Assembly (NCBI RefSeq): GCF_006345805.1
Contig: NC_042997.1
Location: 144,274,001 to 144,338,000 of the forward strand
From: Octopus sinensis
Taxonomy: Eukaryota
Length of the DNA: 64,000 nt
Direction of reading: 5' to 3'
The position numbers and the translations under genes were made by a program. A model generated the notes under the pieces. It searched no databases and was not told the DNA's origin. It saw only the letters and a program-made list of their open reading frames with translations. Below are positions 1 to 12,140 of the stretch, one piece after another; the first letter of the stretch is position 1, and each line of letters starts with the position of its first letter.

Positions 1-93
1 TCGCTCAGTGCTGCCGTCGTCAATGTTGTCGTCGCAACAGCAGCAGCAGCCACCCTGCCTTCTTCTGCACCAAAACATCTACACATAGGCTTC
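1..93. other. GC-rich low-complexity, coding-like segment at the window edge; strand unresolved
   Basis: The + strand frame 2 reads RSVLPSSMLSSQQQQQPPCLLLHQNIYT*. The - strand reads MCRCFGAEEGRVAAAAVATTTLTTAALS and runs off the edge. It contains a (CAG)4 repeat. Confidence 0.25.
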
Positions 94-2059
94 CCCAGAT
101 TTCAACGGATATATTAGCGAGTGTGTGTTTATGTTCGAAATTAACAAGAAAGCAAAAAAATCATAGAAGAGATTTGCGACGATACGTCGCCAATTTTTGT
201 CAAGATTGTTGTTAATGATCAAAAAGAATTTATAAATGGGAAGTAAGAGGCGCAACACTTCAGTTGCTAGCAATTCGATTCTGTCACCCTTTTATTATAA
301 TAGTAATTATTATTATGAATTTGTTATCTTTTTTCTTATATCTCCGCCACGCAAAAGGTGATATTGTACTTTAAAAATGTTCGAATTCCAGGGAAGCTAG
401 GAAACACTAGGATGGTATGTAAGGCAAGTTCTTTACTAATTTAGTTCCCGTCCCGTTCGAAAACGAACAAACATAAAAAAAAGCAAAAACATTTGAACAT
501 TACAAAACTAATAACCGTATCGGTACTGAACACTTATGCAATGGGATAAAAACTAACTTTCTTCGTTATTTAAGATTAGGTAGGTTCTGATATACTTTTA
601 TACAATGTTTTCTATATTAAAATTAAGTAGTCTTTGCTATTTCCTGAATTTTTAACGTCACGTAATTGTTGTTAGATTGCATCGGCTTTCCTGTAAAATC
701 AAATATGCGTGCGTGCGCGCGTGTAGAAATGTACGTTTAATGAATGCAGTTAAATTAAAATTCAAAACCTTAGTAACTGATTTCGATAAATCTTCAGATT
801 AATTGAGGACATCAGAAAATACCATGTTGCTATGTTTTCTTTGTTTCTTTTTTTTTTTTTTGCCACTGTAAACACATTAATGACGAATGAATTTCAGAAA
901 TGAAAATGAAATGACAATTAATTGCAGTAGTTAGTAATAATAATAATAGCACTAATTTATTATTCAATAAAGGCCTATGGAATTTATATTGCTATAAGAA
1001 CTTTTTTTTTTGTTTAGATTCGGTATTTATTTTAGAGTTTGAATATGTCAAAGACTGATCTCGAGCTCCGTTTCTCTTCATTCAAACTCGTAAAAATATT
1101 CTTGAAAAATATATATTTATATATACCTTCTAGTATGTGTCCTAATTAATCCAGTAACATCTCGCTGTTGTATTTGTAACGACAAATTCTTTTTTTCGAG
1201 ATGATATTGGTTGGAGAAAGTAAGCAATTTGGCTAGATAATGGCTATCCGTCGTGTTCTTTAAGAAAAATAAAAATAAACAAACCGCTCTTTAAACTTTC
1301 ATGAGACAAACACGAAAGCTAAACAAACCACATACACACAAAAACGGAACTCACTACTTGATGTTTTCTCTCCGCTTTTCGAATGCTTACAAACTCGTGT
1401 TATTGAACCAAGAATGTTTTTAAAACGTGGTGATAGAAGGACCAATCTGTTTTATTGGCGTCACGGTGATAGGAGAGAAATACTAGCGCTCCTTGGCGAA
1501 ATAAATTAAGCAAGAGGCGGAGCAGTAGGAAACAGCATGCGTAAAATTCCTGCCTCCTCTCAGAATCATATAAATATATATATATGTGTGTGTGTGTATA
1601 TGAATGGTATGAAATGATGCTTACACTATCTCTGCATATATTTCTCTTCTCTCCGAAAAAGCCTTCCCTACTTCTTTCTCGCCTTACCATTCGCTCTAAT
1701 ATCCAGCAAGACCCTTTCTTTCTCCGATTCCCGTTCTCGCTCTATTTACCAATGTCGTTTCCTCCCTCTCCTTCTCTTCCTCTCTTTATGTTTCGCTAAA
1801 TCTCCCCCCATTACCCCCTTTAACTTCCACTTATCATCACCACCACCTCCATCATCACTACCGCCTCCTCCATCGTCACGGCTCCTGCTACCGTTCGCTC
1901 TCTCTCTTTCCCTTTACATACCCCCATTCCCCCCCACCTAGAATTTGGTTATTTATATGTTTTCGTTTTTTAATTCTTTCTTCTCTTCTTGTTGCCATTC
2001 TCTATATCTGTCTCCATTTGTATGTTTATTCCTACTCGCTGCAGCAACAACTGTTTCCT

Positions 2060-2103
2060 ATGGCTAATGAACGGAAAAGGGTTGTATACGGGACGTTCTC
2101 GCG
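2060..2103 (+). CDS. Candidate first coding exon of an unidentified + strand host gene (MANERKRVVYGTFS-R)
   Basis: ATG at 2060 opens a frame that runs to a strong donor GCG|GTAAGT (GT at 2104), phase 2. It follows a pyrimidine-rich leader and precedes T-rich intron-like sequence. The product is not recognised. Confidence 0.45.
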
Positions 2104-2899
2104 GTAAGTAAAATTGTTTTGAAATTTCCACCACACTGTCACTTTAGATTTGTCTTTCCTTCTTTTAATTAAAAAAAAAAATATCGATTTTATTTATTTA
2201 AGCTTTTTTAAAAAATTTATTCACTTATTTAAACCAATAATATTTATTTCCTAATCAAACCAACAGCCCGTTTTCAACTACAATCCTACAAAACAAACTG
2301 TCAACAACAAACGCTTTCCTATCGAAAAAGTCTTTGATTTTTTTTTCTTAAGTTTCCGAAATAATTATAATAATAATAAAAAAAAGATAGCCATTGAAAC
2401 ATTCTTTTGGGTATTTAAAAAAATTTTTAATTCGTAGAGCTTTTCTTGTAAAAAACAAAATACAACCGTGGTCTGCACCTAGAAGTGCATTCCTCTGAGT
2501 AAATTATAAAAACTAGCAATGTTCGTTATTGTTCTTTACCCGTTGTTTCATTGGCGCCTTTGCTACACTAAATAAAATATTTTGTCTATAAAGGATATAT
2601 ATATATAAATGTTCTTGGTTGTGATACTGTCTGACTTTCTTGGCTCTCCCAATGCACAAATATCTAACTAAGGTCGTTGTTGTGTGAAAGATTCGGTTTA
2701 GTTGTTTATCAAAACCTTTTCGCTAGTTGTTATCGCAACTAGAATTTTTATTTTTTACAAATGTATTATATATTAACCATTAGGCGCACTGCCTTATTGA
2801 AACCCGTCAACCAGCACTTTAATGTATATTAATAATTCGTTCCTACTAGTTTGGATATGATAGTATTTTCTCTGCGTTGTAGTAGTAAAGTGTAGTATT

Positions 2900-3081
2900 T
2901 GTTGCATCTGTCTTCACTGGATCCCGCTTTACTCGCTGTTGTATTGTTATCAAAAGTAGCGGTGGTTCCCACCAAGCGTCGAGTGACGCTAACCAGAACT
3001 TTTCGTCTGTTAAGTTTTCTTTTCCACTGTCGCGTCTCTTTGTACTCTTGTTTACCGTAATTCCGTATAACTTTGGAACAG
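2900..3081 (+). other. Candidate alternative non-coding first exon (5' end undefined)
   Basis: CpG-rich segment ending in a consensus donor CAG|GTGAGC (GT at 3082). Confidence 0.3.
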
Positions 3082-4080
3082 GTGAGCCGACGAAGGATCC
3101 TCGTTGTCTCTCGACCTGCTAGACATAACAGTGAAAACACGAAGTGGGGAAATGCCCAAAGTATTCTGTTTTACTATACCTACTCTGGTTGTTAGATTTT
3201 ATTTGTAATACACTAAATAACCCCTTTTTTAAACTAACCAATTACACATAGTATAACACAAGGTTATCTTTGTCAATTTTTTAAAATGTATTTTTACCCG
3301 ACGCCTTTTTTAAAAGGCGGGTCTTTATTTCCTCTTTTTCTTTATAATATTAATTTCGAATATTTATATTTACACTTCCTTTACAATTTCTTACTTCAAA
3401 ATATACACATAGAATATTTTAGCTGACTCTTTGTACAGTTTTTAAAAGCTAAAGAATATTCACAAATAACTTCAAACTAATAATTTTAGTGCGAAAGACC
3501 CTATAAACAATAAGGGCAATAAAGCTGTTCTTCCCAACTTTGGCCGTCAGCTGTAAACAATGGTGACAAGTGTATTTTCTTAATGTTACACCAACTTTCA
3601 CCAGTAGCAGTCACTAGGCGAAGTTGTTTGTCAATTTTTGTGTATGGCCTAATATTTCGAATGACAATGTATATTTGCTTTTTTTTTTCCGAAAGAAAAA
3701 GCACCTGTTGGAAGTCAATTTAGTGATTACTTTCAAAGTACTGGCGCGTTGTTCATTTTAATTTGCTTAGAAGTGAATGAGGGAGTCTGGACAAATTTTA
3801 GTTTGTTACTACACTTGTACCTAGGAAAATAAAACAAATCTGAGAAAACGAACTGAAAAAAGTTATTCCGGGTATTGCCCAGGTTTTCAAATAACCGATT
3901 GAATTTCATGAGTCATGCTCGAATATTTTAGAATGCTTTTAAAATCTCCGAATCCGTATGTGGGAAGTGATTTTTCAAAATATTTCAGAGCAACAACAAA
4001 GTAGCGAAAGCAGCACCTAAGAAAATTACTGGAGTTTATTCTGGAGACGAGAACGGAGCCTCCAAAATACATAATAAATT

Positions 4081-4154
4081 ATGCTGAAACTCTTAGAAAG
4101 GAAGAAAGATCGCCGTGTATATGAGGAAAGCCCCCGTACGAACTATAACTGCCG
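4081..4154 (+). CDS. Candidate alternative first coding exon (MLKLLERKKDRRVYEESPRTNYNC-R)
   Basis: ATG at 4081 follows an in-frame stop at 4072. There are 24 codons plus CG, then donor CCG|GTAGGT (GT at 4155). The phase (2) matches the 2060 exon. Confidence 0.3.
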
Positions 4155-4409
4155 GTAGGTAGTTACTACCGTATCTTAATGGATTACAAACGAACGAGCT
4201 GTCTTGCTTCAAGGTCTTTTTTTCTCTTTTGGTCTCTTGCATAGCTTTTTCTTATTTCCTTGCATTTCTTTTGTTTTTCCAATACAGAAAAGTGTAATTA
4301 TAAAACGGGGACGGCGAGGGAGTTGTTTAACCCCCAAGTCAGCCTTGAGTAACCCTGTAATCAAAGGTATTCCAGCCCTAGGCCATCTTGTTTTGTTTTG
4401 TTTTATTTT

Positions 4410-4532
4410 ATGAATGTCTATCCAAAGTTGGTAGAGAAATTTGAGGGAGATTTGGAATACTATTTCTGGCGGATCGATCGACCACATAGGCTTCCCTCCG
4501 TTCGTGAATACGGAGCGAAACTTGTCAGGATA
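4410..4532 (+). other. Candidate alternative exon ending at ATA|GTAAGA
   Basis: CpG-rich, with 41 open codons from ATG 4410, a donor-like GTAAGA at 4533 and a long T tract after it. Confidence 0.2.
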
Positions 4533-5591
4533 GTAAGAAGAAAAAAGTTTACTTTTGTTTTTGTTTTTTTTTTTTTTAATTTTATCATAGATTAAATGTG
4601 AATCGGACTAGCTTATCGAGCTTAAATTATCGAAAGCCTTTATTTGTAAACAATAACAATTCTTTATTTGTCTTCAACTTAGTCGGGGGAATATTTGTTG
4701 AATATAGTATATCGAATAGTGAGTGACATGGTTACAAACGTCTATGATTGTAAATGGAGAGAAAAGAAAAAACGCTTCATTTGAATGGCCTTGGCAAACC
4801 TTGATTTTAGTTTCATGTTTGGTTGAACAGACTGAGGATCAAGGATATTCCACCCACGACCATCCCATTTTTTTTTCTGTATGTCTAGAGTAATCCAATG
4901 CATTACTTTTTCTTAAAAACGGCTGTTATTTCTAGCTAGTTGAACGACCGTGTAGAGCACCCCAGCTGTCGTTGGCTCGAGCAACAGTAGCTGTAATAGT
5001 GTTTTATAATGTATTGCCGCCGTTATAACTGGGAAATCTAACACGATTTACCTTCTCTGGAAGCTTTAATACAGATTCAACAAGTCTGCAACTGCTATGA
5101 CTGACTTCCTCTCCCTCCACCCCCGCACACGCTTTGCTCTGGCCTCATTGATTCATTACTAATTGTAAAAGTGAATATTTATTTTTCTTCTTGAAAAAAC
5201 AAACCGTATTTATTTACACGGCGATAAAAATAATTGAGCACATCTGAATTCCAATTATGAATTTCTTTCATCTAAACAGTATATTGTAAAAGAGGAGGTT
5301 GTAGATTGGATTTCTATCGATCACAGTATTTAATTGTATTTATCGACGTCGTCGCTGTTATTTTTAAACCCAGGCCAACCCTGCCAGTGTAGACTAGACC
5401 CATGGTCAAAGATTTTCCGGCCCGAAGGGTAATATCATACCACGGTATCTCAACATCCTGTCTGCTAATTATTTTTTTAAAAATTAGTCTGGGAAGAAGG
5501 CAAAAATCGACTTGACCATAAAAGAATATGAAACGAACATGGTGTGCGTCGAACCAAAACCATATTCGACGCACATCTTGTCACCTACCAC

Positions 5592-5634
<43 letters not shown>

Positions 5635-5746
5635 AATGTATACCTGTGTAATATGTATGTATTACTACTATGACTGTCTCTTAGCATGTTCCATGCTTTT
5701 GCTAATTGTTTTAGGTGCCTGCGTAATCACAAGCAGATGTAGATAC

Positions 5747-6058
5747 TCCGCTTACCATGCTAGCATGGGTTGGACAATTTGACTGAGGTCTGGCGAACCA
5801 GATGGCTATACCAAACTCCAATCTGATCTGGCAGAGTTTCTACAGCTGGATGCTCTTCCTAACGCCAACCACTCAGTGTAGTAGGTGCTTTTACGTGCCA
5901 CCGGCATGGGGGACAGTCAGGTGGTACTGGCAATGGCCACAATCAAATGGTGCTTTTTGTGTACCACTGGCACAGGAGCCAGTCCAGTGGCATTGGCAAT
6001 GACTTCCCTCGAATGTTTTTTCACATGCCACCAGCACAAGTGCCAGTAAGGCGACGCA
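5747..6058 (-). mobile_element. SINE family B (CATGCTAGCATGG tail, GGAAGGGCATCC core, internal sub-repeats)
   Basis: Similar to copies at 8700, 54790, 56322, 58252 and 58955; carries three diverged internal sub-repeats. Confidence 0.85.
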
Positions 6059-6084
6059 GGTAGTGTGTGTATTTGTGTGTACCT

Positions 6085-6296
6085 TTGTCTTGACATTATA
6101 CTTGCATATGAGCATCACTGCCATAAGTGATGTTTGTTTTCAGTTTTTCTTGAAAAATATGTCTAGCCATGTGGAAATATTAATTTGCTTGGAACAGGTG
6201 AAGGTTGGTGATAGGAAGGGCATCTGGCCCTAGAAAATCTGCTACAAATTCCATTTGATCCATTCAAGCATGGAAAAGTGGATCTTAAATGAGGAT
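6085..6296 (+). mobile_element. SINE 3' module (tail type 2)
   Basis: The motifs GTCTAGCCATGTGGAAATAT, AGGAAGGGCATCTGGCC and CAAGCATGGAAAAGTGG match the tails of the elements at 29745 and 46905. Confidence 0.7.
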
Positions 6297-6685
6297 ATTT
6301 CAAGTCCTCTACTTCGACATCCAGTAAAGTTGGGGTCAGTTGACATTACCAGATGATTGAATGTCACATCTTCCCAGTTTCATAATTGTGACAACTGGGG
6401 GAAATGTGATATTCATCTTCCATGAAAATGAATAATTTGAAATAAAGCAATTTCTACCTGAACCATTTCTATGCTAAATTTGGTAAAATAAATGAAAAAT
6501 CTGCCAATAACAGTTGGTGTTTCTACATGGTTGTTGACCTGCTAGAAATAGTCAAACCTAAACATCACATGTGGATGGAGATTGAGTAATGTATGTGACA
6601 TTACGTGTAGTATTTACAAAAAAAAAAACTGGTTATAGCTTAAAAGATTTTGACCATAAGTCTTCTAAGCACTGAAATGGGGCTA

Positions 6686-6687
<2 letters not shown>

Positions 6688-6766
<79 letters not shown>
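6688..6766. repeat. (CA)n microsatellite
   Basis: Perfect CA run of about 79 bp. Confidence 0.97.
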
Positions 6767-6769
<3 letters not shown>

Positions 6770-7654
6770 TTCACTCTCGCACACATTTACACTCACGTCC
6801 TAATTTACTGCACCTGTTACACTTTCCACCATCATTCTAACCATGAGCTGGCTAAGCCTGCATTCTTGAATAGCTGGATGAAATTAAAGTGAAAAACCAC
6901 TATCTTCAAGTACAGTTATTTTCAACAACCAACAGAAATCTTGCAGCTTCATGCAGCAGTATCAACAACAAAGAATCATTTCAGTGTGTAGTTTAAGTAT
7001 TTTTAAAAGATGCCCTTAAAGAATCACAAGAGTGAGGTGAGCACTTTTATACTCTCTAGCACTTAGAGAACTACATTACGCTATTTTTCTAGTAGCAATT
7101 GAAAGTGAATTAGTGAAATTTAAGCTTACTCTGCATAATGCTTTTGGTGTAATATAGCAAATGAATTTAATATTGACAATGTAGTTGAGAAGAATTCTCA
7201 CATCTCAACTGATACTATTGTTTCCTCTTTAATCTGATACCTAAATGGTTCCTAAATTTACGGATCTAAATCGGCTTTGTACAATAATCCAAAAACTTAC
7301 TGCTGAAGCTATTTAAATGAAATTACATCCATTATTCCATTAGCATATTTATTCACAGCCAGATACTTTTGTTACCATATTCCGTATTGTTTAGCATTGC
7401 AAGAGAAATTTTCAATGGATTGAAAACTAACTCCTTCTTGGTATGGAACTTCTCTTCAGTAAATCATAAAAAACAAAAGAGCAAAATAAGAACTGCTTTA
7501 CCAAGAGAATATACCTAGAACGCCATTAACATTTCACTCTTTTCGAATAACACATTGGGTAAGCACAGCTTCATTAAGACTAAACACCGTAATAACTAAC
7601 GAAGCTGTTCTCTTCTCTGAACGTTTATCATCACCCTCTAAATAATTGTTTTAA

Positions 7655-8005
7655 TATCCATTTTTACATGCTTGCATGGGTTGGACAGTCAATTGTGGTA
7701 ATCTTCACGTGGTAATCCTCACCTGTTTCCTAGCAAAGCAATAATTTCCCTCGGCCAGACATATTCTTGCATAAGACTGGAAATTAACGACAATGCTTGT
7801 GTGATGGCACCTATCATTTATAACAATCATTTGACATGAAGACAAGGGTGTGCCCCCCCCCCCTCTCACTCACTCACTCACTCACTCACTCTCTACCAAA
7901 TCCACTAACAAGATTTTGGTGTTGATATAAGACTATAGAAGACACTTGCCCAAAGTGCCACAGAGTGGAACTGATCTTGGAATTATGTGGTTGGGAAGCA
8001 AACTT
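7655..8005 (-). mobile_element. Degenerate SINE: family A head plus tail type 2, with a (TCAC)n linker
   Basis: GAAGACACTTGCCCAAAGTGCCA at ~7938-7960 and CATGCTTGCATGGGTTGGAC at ~7668. Confidence 0.7.
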
Positions 8006-8699
8006 TTTTTTGAAGATTTACAAATTGAACCCCCAGACACAAACTAAGAATAAAATTTCTGACATGTACTCTAATAATGTCGATTTTGTTTTTCGTGTTA
8101 CATAAAGATGAATTAACATAATAGTAATTTCCTCTATTCCTTGTTTAACTCTTTTGATACCAGTTTATCTGGTTCTAGATTCAAAACCTGCCAAATTTAA
8201 ATCGAATCCTGATTATTATTAAAAAATCATTTAAAAAGTGATAATATAACAGAAGGCCAGGAAGAATTCCTCATTAAGCTTTCAGTATTTAGTCTTGTAC
8301 ACCTCTTCTTTTCAACTTTACAGTATAAATTGATGAAGAAGTGTCTATGAAGCTGCCTGAATTGCTTGAAACAGTAGCCAAATGTACTTCATATCACATC
8401 ACATTTTGAAAAGAATGGCATATGTATTCAGTTCTGGGTGGAATTTGGTAGCCATAACTGCCTGAAAGTCTGACCTGTAATACTAACTTTTGCTAGGCCT
8501 TAAGTCTTACTAAATGGAAAAAAAAAGGCCATGCTGAGCACTTTTGCTTAGTCAAGATGATCACAATCTAAACAACTTCATATCCAATAGTCATAGCAAA
8601 AGATGAGATTTCTTTTGTGCATATTTCTGCACACTTAAATAATTTAAATAAAATTTTTAGGCTTTTCATTAAAAGAATTTTATGGTCTACTTTTCCTTT

Positions 8700-8930
8700 A
8701 TTGGTGCTGGTGCCACATAAAAGGCACTTGTGCTGTGTAAATACACCCATGCCAGTGGCACATAGGAAGCATCCAGCCAACTCTGTAAAGTAGCTGGCAT
8801 TAGGAAGGGCATCCAGTCATAGAAACCATGCCTCAGCAGACAATTGAAATCTGGACAGCTCCCTGGCTGGCCAGCCCCTGTCAAACTGTCCAACCCATGT
8901 CAGCATGGAAAATGGACATTAAATGATGAA
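8700..8930 (+). mobile_element. SINE family B
   Basis: GGCATTAGGAAGGGCATCCAG core and CCAACCCATGTCAGCATGGAAAATGGACATTAAATGATG tail. Confidence 0.8.
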
Positions 8931-9516
8931 CTGGAGGAATTGTAGTGTTTCTTAGACTAATGGATTGTCTCAGTATAAAGTATTGCATTCATTTCTCTGG
9001 CCAGAGGATTAACCCAAATGCTTACAAGACTGGACTCTGCTTGGCTCCCAAAAGCCATTGATAGGTTAAACTAGGCAATGATTTAGATCATATCACCCAA
9101 GGCATGATGACTGAACATTGTCTTCTTACACATCCACATGTACTTGACATATCCACAACCAAAACCGACTGACACCAAAAAGAGTACTGGAAAGTTCTGG
9201 GAATTGATCCCATTCTAGCTTGTTTCATCATTTGTTTATGATCCCTTTCTTACTAGATGGAAGTCTACATTTTTGATAAATTTGCAGCTTTAAAGATTAT
9301 TGTACAAGGGCAGGGATAGTTGTTAAGCATTGTTGAATAACAAAACAAATTTGTTTTAATGTAGATCTCATATAAATTCATTTCCCCTTGAGTATTTTTT
9401 CTTGGTTCCATCAGTTGGTCATTTCTACAATATAACCCAACTACTGTGTCTTGGATCTTTTCATGTCTTTAAAATGCTTAAGGCTGGTATTGATAGAACT
9501 TTCCAGTTCTATTAAT

Positions 9517-9566
9517 AAATTTTCAAAAACCATTTAATATATATATTAAATGGTTTTTGAAAATTT
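9517..9566. repeat. Perfect 50-bp palindrome with no spacer
   Basis: AAATTTTCAAAAACCATTTAATATA followed by TATATTAAATGGTTTTTGAAAATTT; checked base by base about the centre 9541/9542. Confidence 0.95.
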
Positions 9567-10150
9567 TCTGTATTATCATTGACAATAAAAACTAAAACTT
9601 AGAGAAAATTGCTGATGGTATGTTTGAGTAATCTTTCTTTAATTTGTAGTGGTTAGCACTGTAAACCTTTTAAATAAATCTTTGACGGCTACTGAGATAC
9701 AAATATGATCTTGATTTAGGTAGAAGTGGTAAATTAGGCTTTGATTTGTGGCTAGCTTTCATTAGTAATATTTACCTACTAGATGGCTTTTTAAAAGCCA
9801 TCTTGTATAACTCTTAGGTCATCTCAGGTCAATGCCTTTTAGTCATGCACATCCTATTTATTTTCATTGTGCCTAAAAGTACATTGTACAATGCATCCTT
9901 AAGATATTAGGAAGATCTTATTTCTAGCAGCTCAAGAAACCATGTAGAACAGGGGTGAGGAATACTTCACCTGTGAACAAAATTTTTCCCATATTCACTG
10001 TTAGAATTGTGCTTGAAAAACAAAAAAATCTTTAAAATCCCAAATATAAGTTTAGTACCTAGGAACGCAAGATTTGTTGCCCTTCTAGTGCACTCTATAT
10101 GTTCTTGGGCAATTATTGAGTTTCCTTATTCTGTAATGGTCTCTCACTCC

Positions 10151-10367
10151 TTAACCCTTTAGTATTTAAACTATGGTCCAAATATTCTACCCGTTTTATG
10201 TTCAAACTGGCCAGATCTGGTATGTTACACCTACCCTACAATGTCATTCTAAGAATTAACAATTGGATCAAAATCTTAAAGCTACAAGATAATACATGAC
10301 TAATTCAAAACAATGTGAATGAATTAGTGTAACATTTGACAGAATAATTTGAAAGATAAAGGGTTAA
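10151..10367 (+). mobile_element. piggyBac-like MITE (TTAA-CCC...GGG-TTAA)
   Basis: Starts TTAACCCTTTAGTA and ends ATAAAGGGTTAA; the interior matches the 14492 copy in inverse orientation. Confidence 0.85.
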
Positions 10368-11789
10368 TGTAAAGGATCTCTTTCTCTCTCTATCCCTCTC
10401 TCTCATAACTGCAGGACTTTAACTTCTTGTTGACTGATCAATTTACAGGGTTAATTTTCTATATTTAACATAGTGTCAGTATTTGAAATGTGGGGATTGT
10501 AGATTTTAATACTGCCGTTGGTTTGAGTTTAAACTTGCCACTGTAAACACTTATTTTGTGATGTTAAGCGATAGATGATCTTGAATTCTTCCAAATGGGA
10601 ATTAAAGAAAATATAGTTGAAAAGATTTCTTGTTTGCCACTAGTGTTAATATTAATTCTAACTTTGAATAAAATATTGATTGATTTTTATGGAATATGGA
10701 TAACCACTCACTTGACCTACTACAAATTGAATTGCGTTTTAATATCCTTCCATTCCTACATTCAACAATTGTAGTGTTGTCTTTTTCAACCTTCCTTGAA
10801 ATACTTCAAAGAGATGAGCAGGTGATGTTTTCAGTTAAAATTGCCGAGTTTACGATCATCAATGAAATGGTATTTCATAGCTTGATGAACATGAAAGATG
10901 GCTTTGTTGTGTTACATGCAGAGGGAAAGTTACCATTACAGTTCTTTTGATCTGATAAAAGATGACCTTATTCACTATAGTCATGAAATAGCTATTTCTA
11001 AGAAATGGACACTGCTACAGTTTTATTACTGTAACTAAATCTTGATATGCTTATTATTTATATTTGTCTTAGTGATAGGCTAAATTATATTTCTGTTTCT
11101 GCTGTCAGTTTAGACAGAAAGACGAAGTAATCACCAGACTTCAAGTAAATCATCAAAAAGATACATTCTTTGTTCTTTTCAAAGCTGATTTTCGTAATGA
11201 TTCTGTACTGGAAGGACCTGCCCATTCCATGCAAGCTTAAAAAAAGAAAAGAAAAAATATTGGGAGCATAAAAATATTGATGTTTCTGACTCTTAGCTAG
11301 TAAAATACTTGAATTTCCAGGTTTTATGTTTGTTTTGGTAATATAATTTTGTCACTTGTTAATAATTAATTCATAATTGTCAGATTGCAAACCAATTAGA
11401 AAATTCATATTATGATTGCAATTATCAAAACAAAAAAAATTGTTTCTACTATTGAAATAAAATGCATGTGTATGATATGTTGGGATTAATGACATTGTAA
11501 TAGGCTACAGGCCATAAGTTCAAATCATCTTAGAGCTGTGTTGGAAATTTTTTTTATCTAGGGAATAGATTTTACTATCTCTTAAGTGTTGGGTAGTTTC
11601 TAGTGTTTGAAGTCTGTCATTTCCAAATCGTGCTTATTCAGCTCGATTCTAAATCTTACAAGCCCAAGAACATAAAAAAAAAAAAAAAAGCCCAGCTGGA
11701 AGAAACTGGTTGTGGTTATCAGAACTCCACTCATGATAGTTTACTAATTTTATGTAAATGAAACCTTGATATTTAGCTTTGACTCTGTC

Positions 11790-12010
11790 AGAACTCTTGG
11801 TATTATTTCTGGATCTAATATTGGTTTCAGATTTTGGCTTAAGGCTAGCAATTTTGGTGGAGGGTTAATTACATCAACCCCAGCTTTCAACTGGTACTTA
11901 TTTTATCAATTCAGAAAAGATGTAAAGGCAAAGTCAACTCCAATGGAATCTGAACTGAATGTAAAAACAGACGAAATATTGCCAAGCATTTTGCCCAGCA
12001 TTCCTTAAGC
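11790..12010 (-). mobile_element. SINE family D (degenerate)
   Basis: AAAGGCAAAGTCAAC...GAATCTGAACT motif shared with copies at 14860, 17545, 40525 and 49630. Confidence 0.65.
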
Positions 12011-12140
12011 TCTGGATGTAATATTGCATGGCAACATCACCTGGGCAATGTGTGATGTACAGAATTGTGGTGTTAGAAAGCTTCAATACAAATGAATTTA
12101 GTAAGGCAAATGATTAGTTGTTTTGAGGGATATATTTTTT

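Larger units (their letters stand above)
1..5600. promoter_or_regulatory. CpG-retaining promoter / first-exon domain
   Basis: Hand count: 15 CpG in 2881-3120 versus 0 in 21001-21900. Contains CCAAT (1442-1446), ATTGG (1454-1458), CGTCA (1459-1463), a GCGTGCGCGC tract (~706-722), a C/T-rich leader (~1640-2000) and several splice-donor matches. Confidence 0.7.

Noticed and set aside
5374-5428. Exon-like segment with CAG acceptor and GTAATA donor
   Set aside because: It resembles an old dispersed repeat also seen near 4330-4390, 4800-4870 and 30470-30530.
11114-11240. Possible exon 2 (R-QKDEVITRLQ...) in phase with the first exons
   Set aside because: It requires skipping a nearer AG at 11107-11108, the donor at 11145 is weak, and no homology is recognised.
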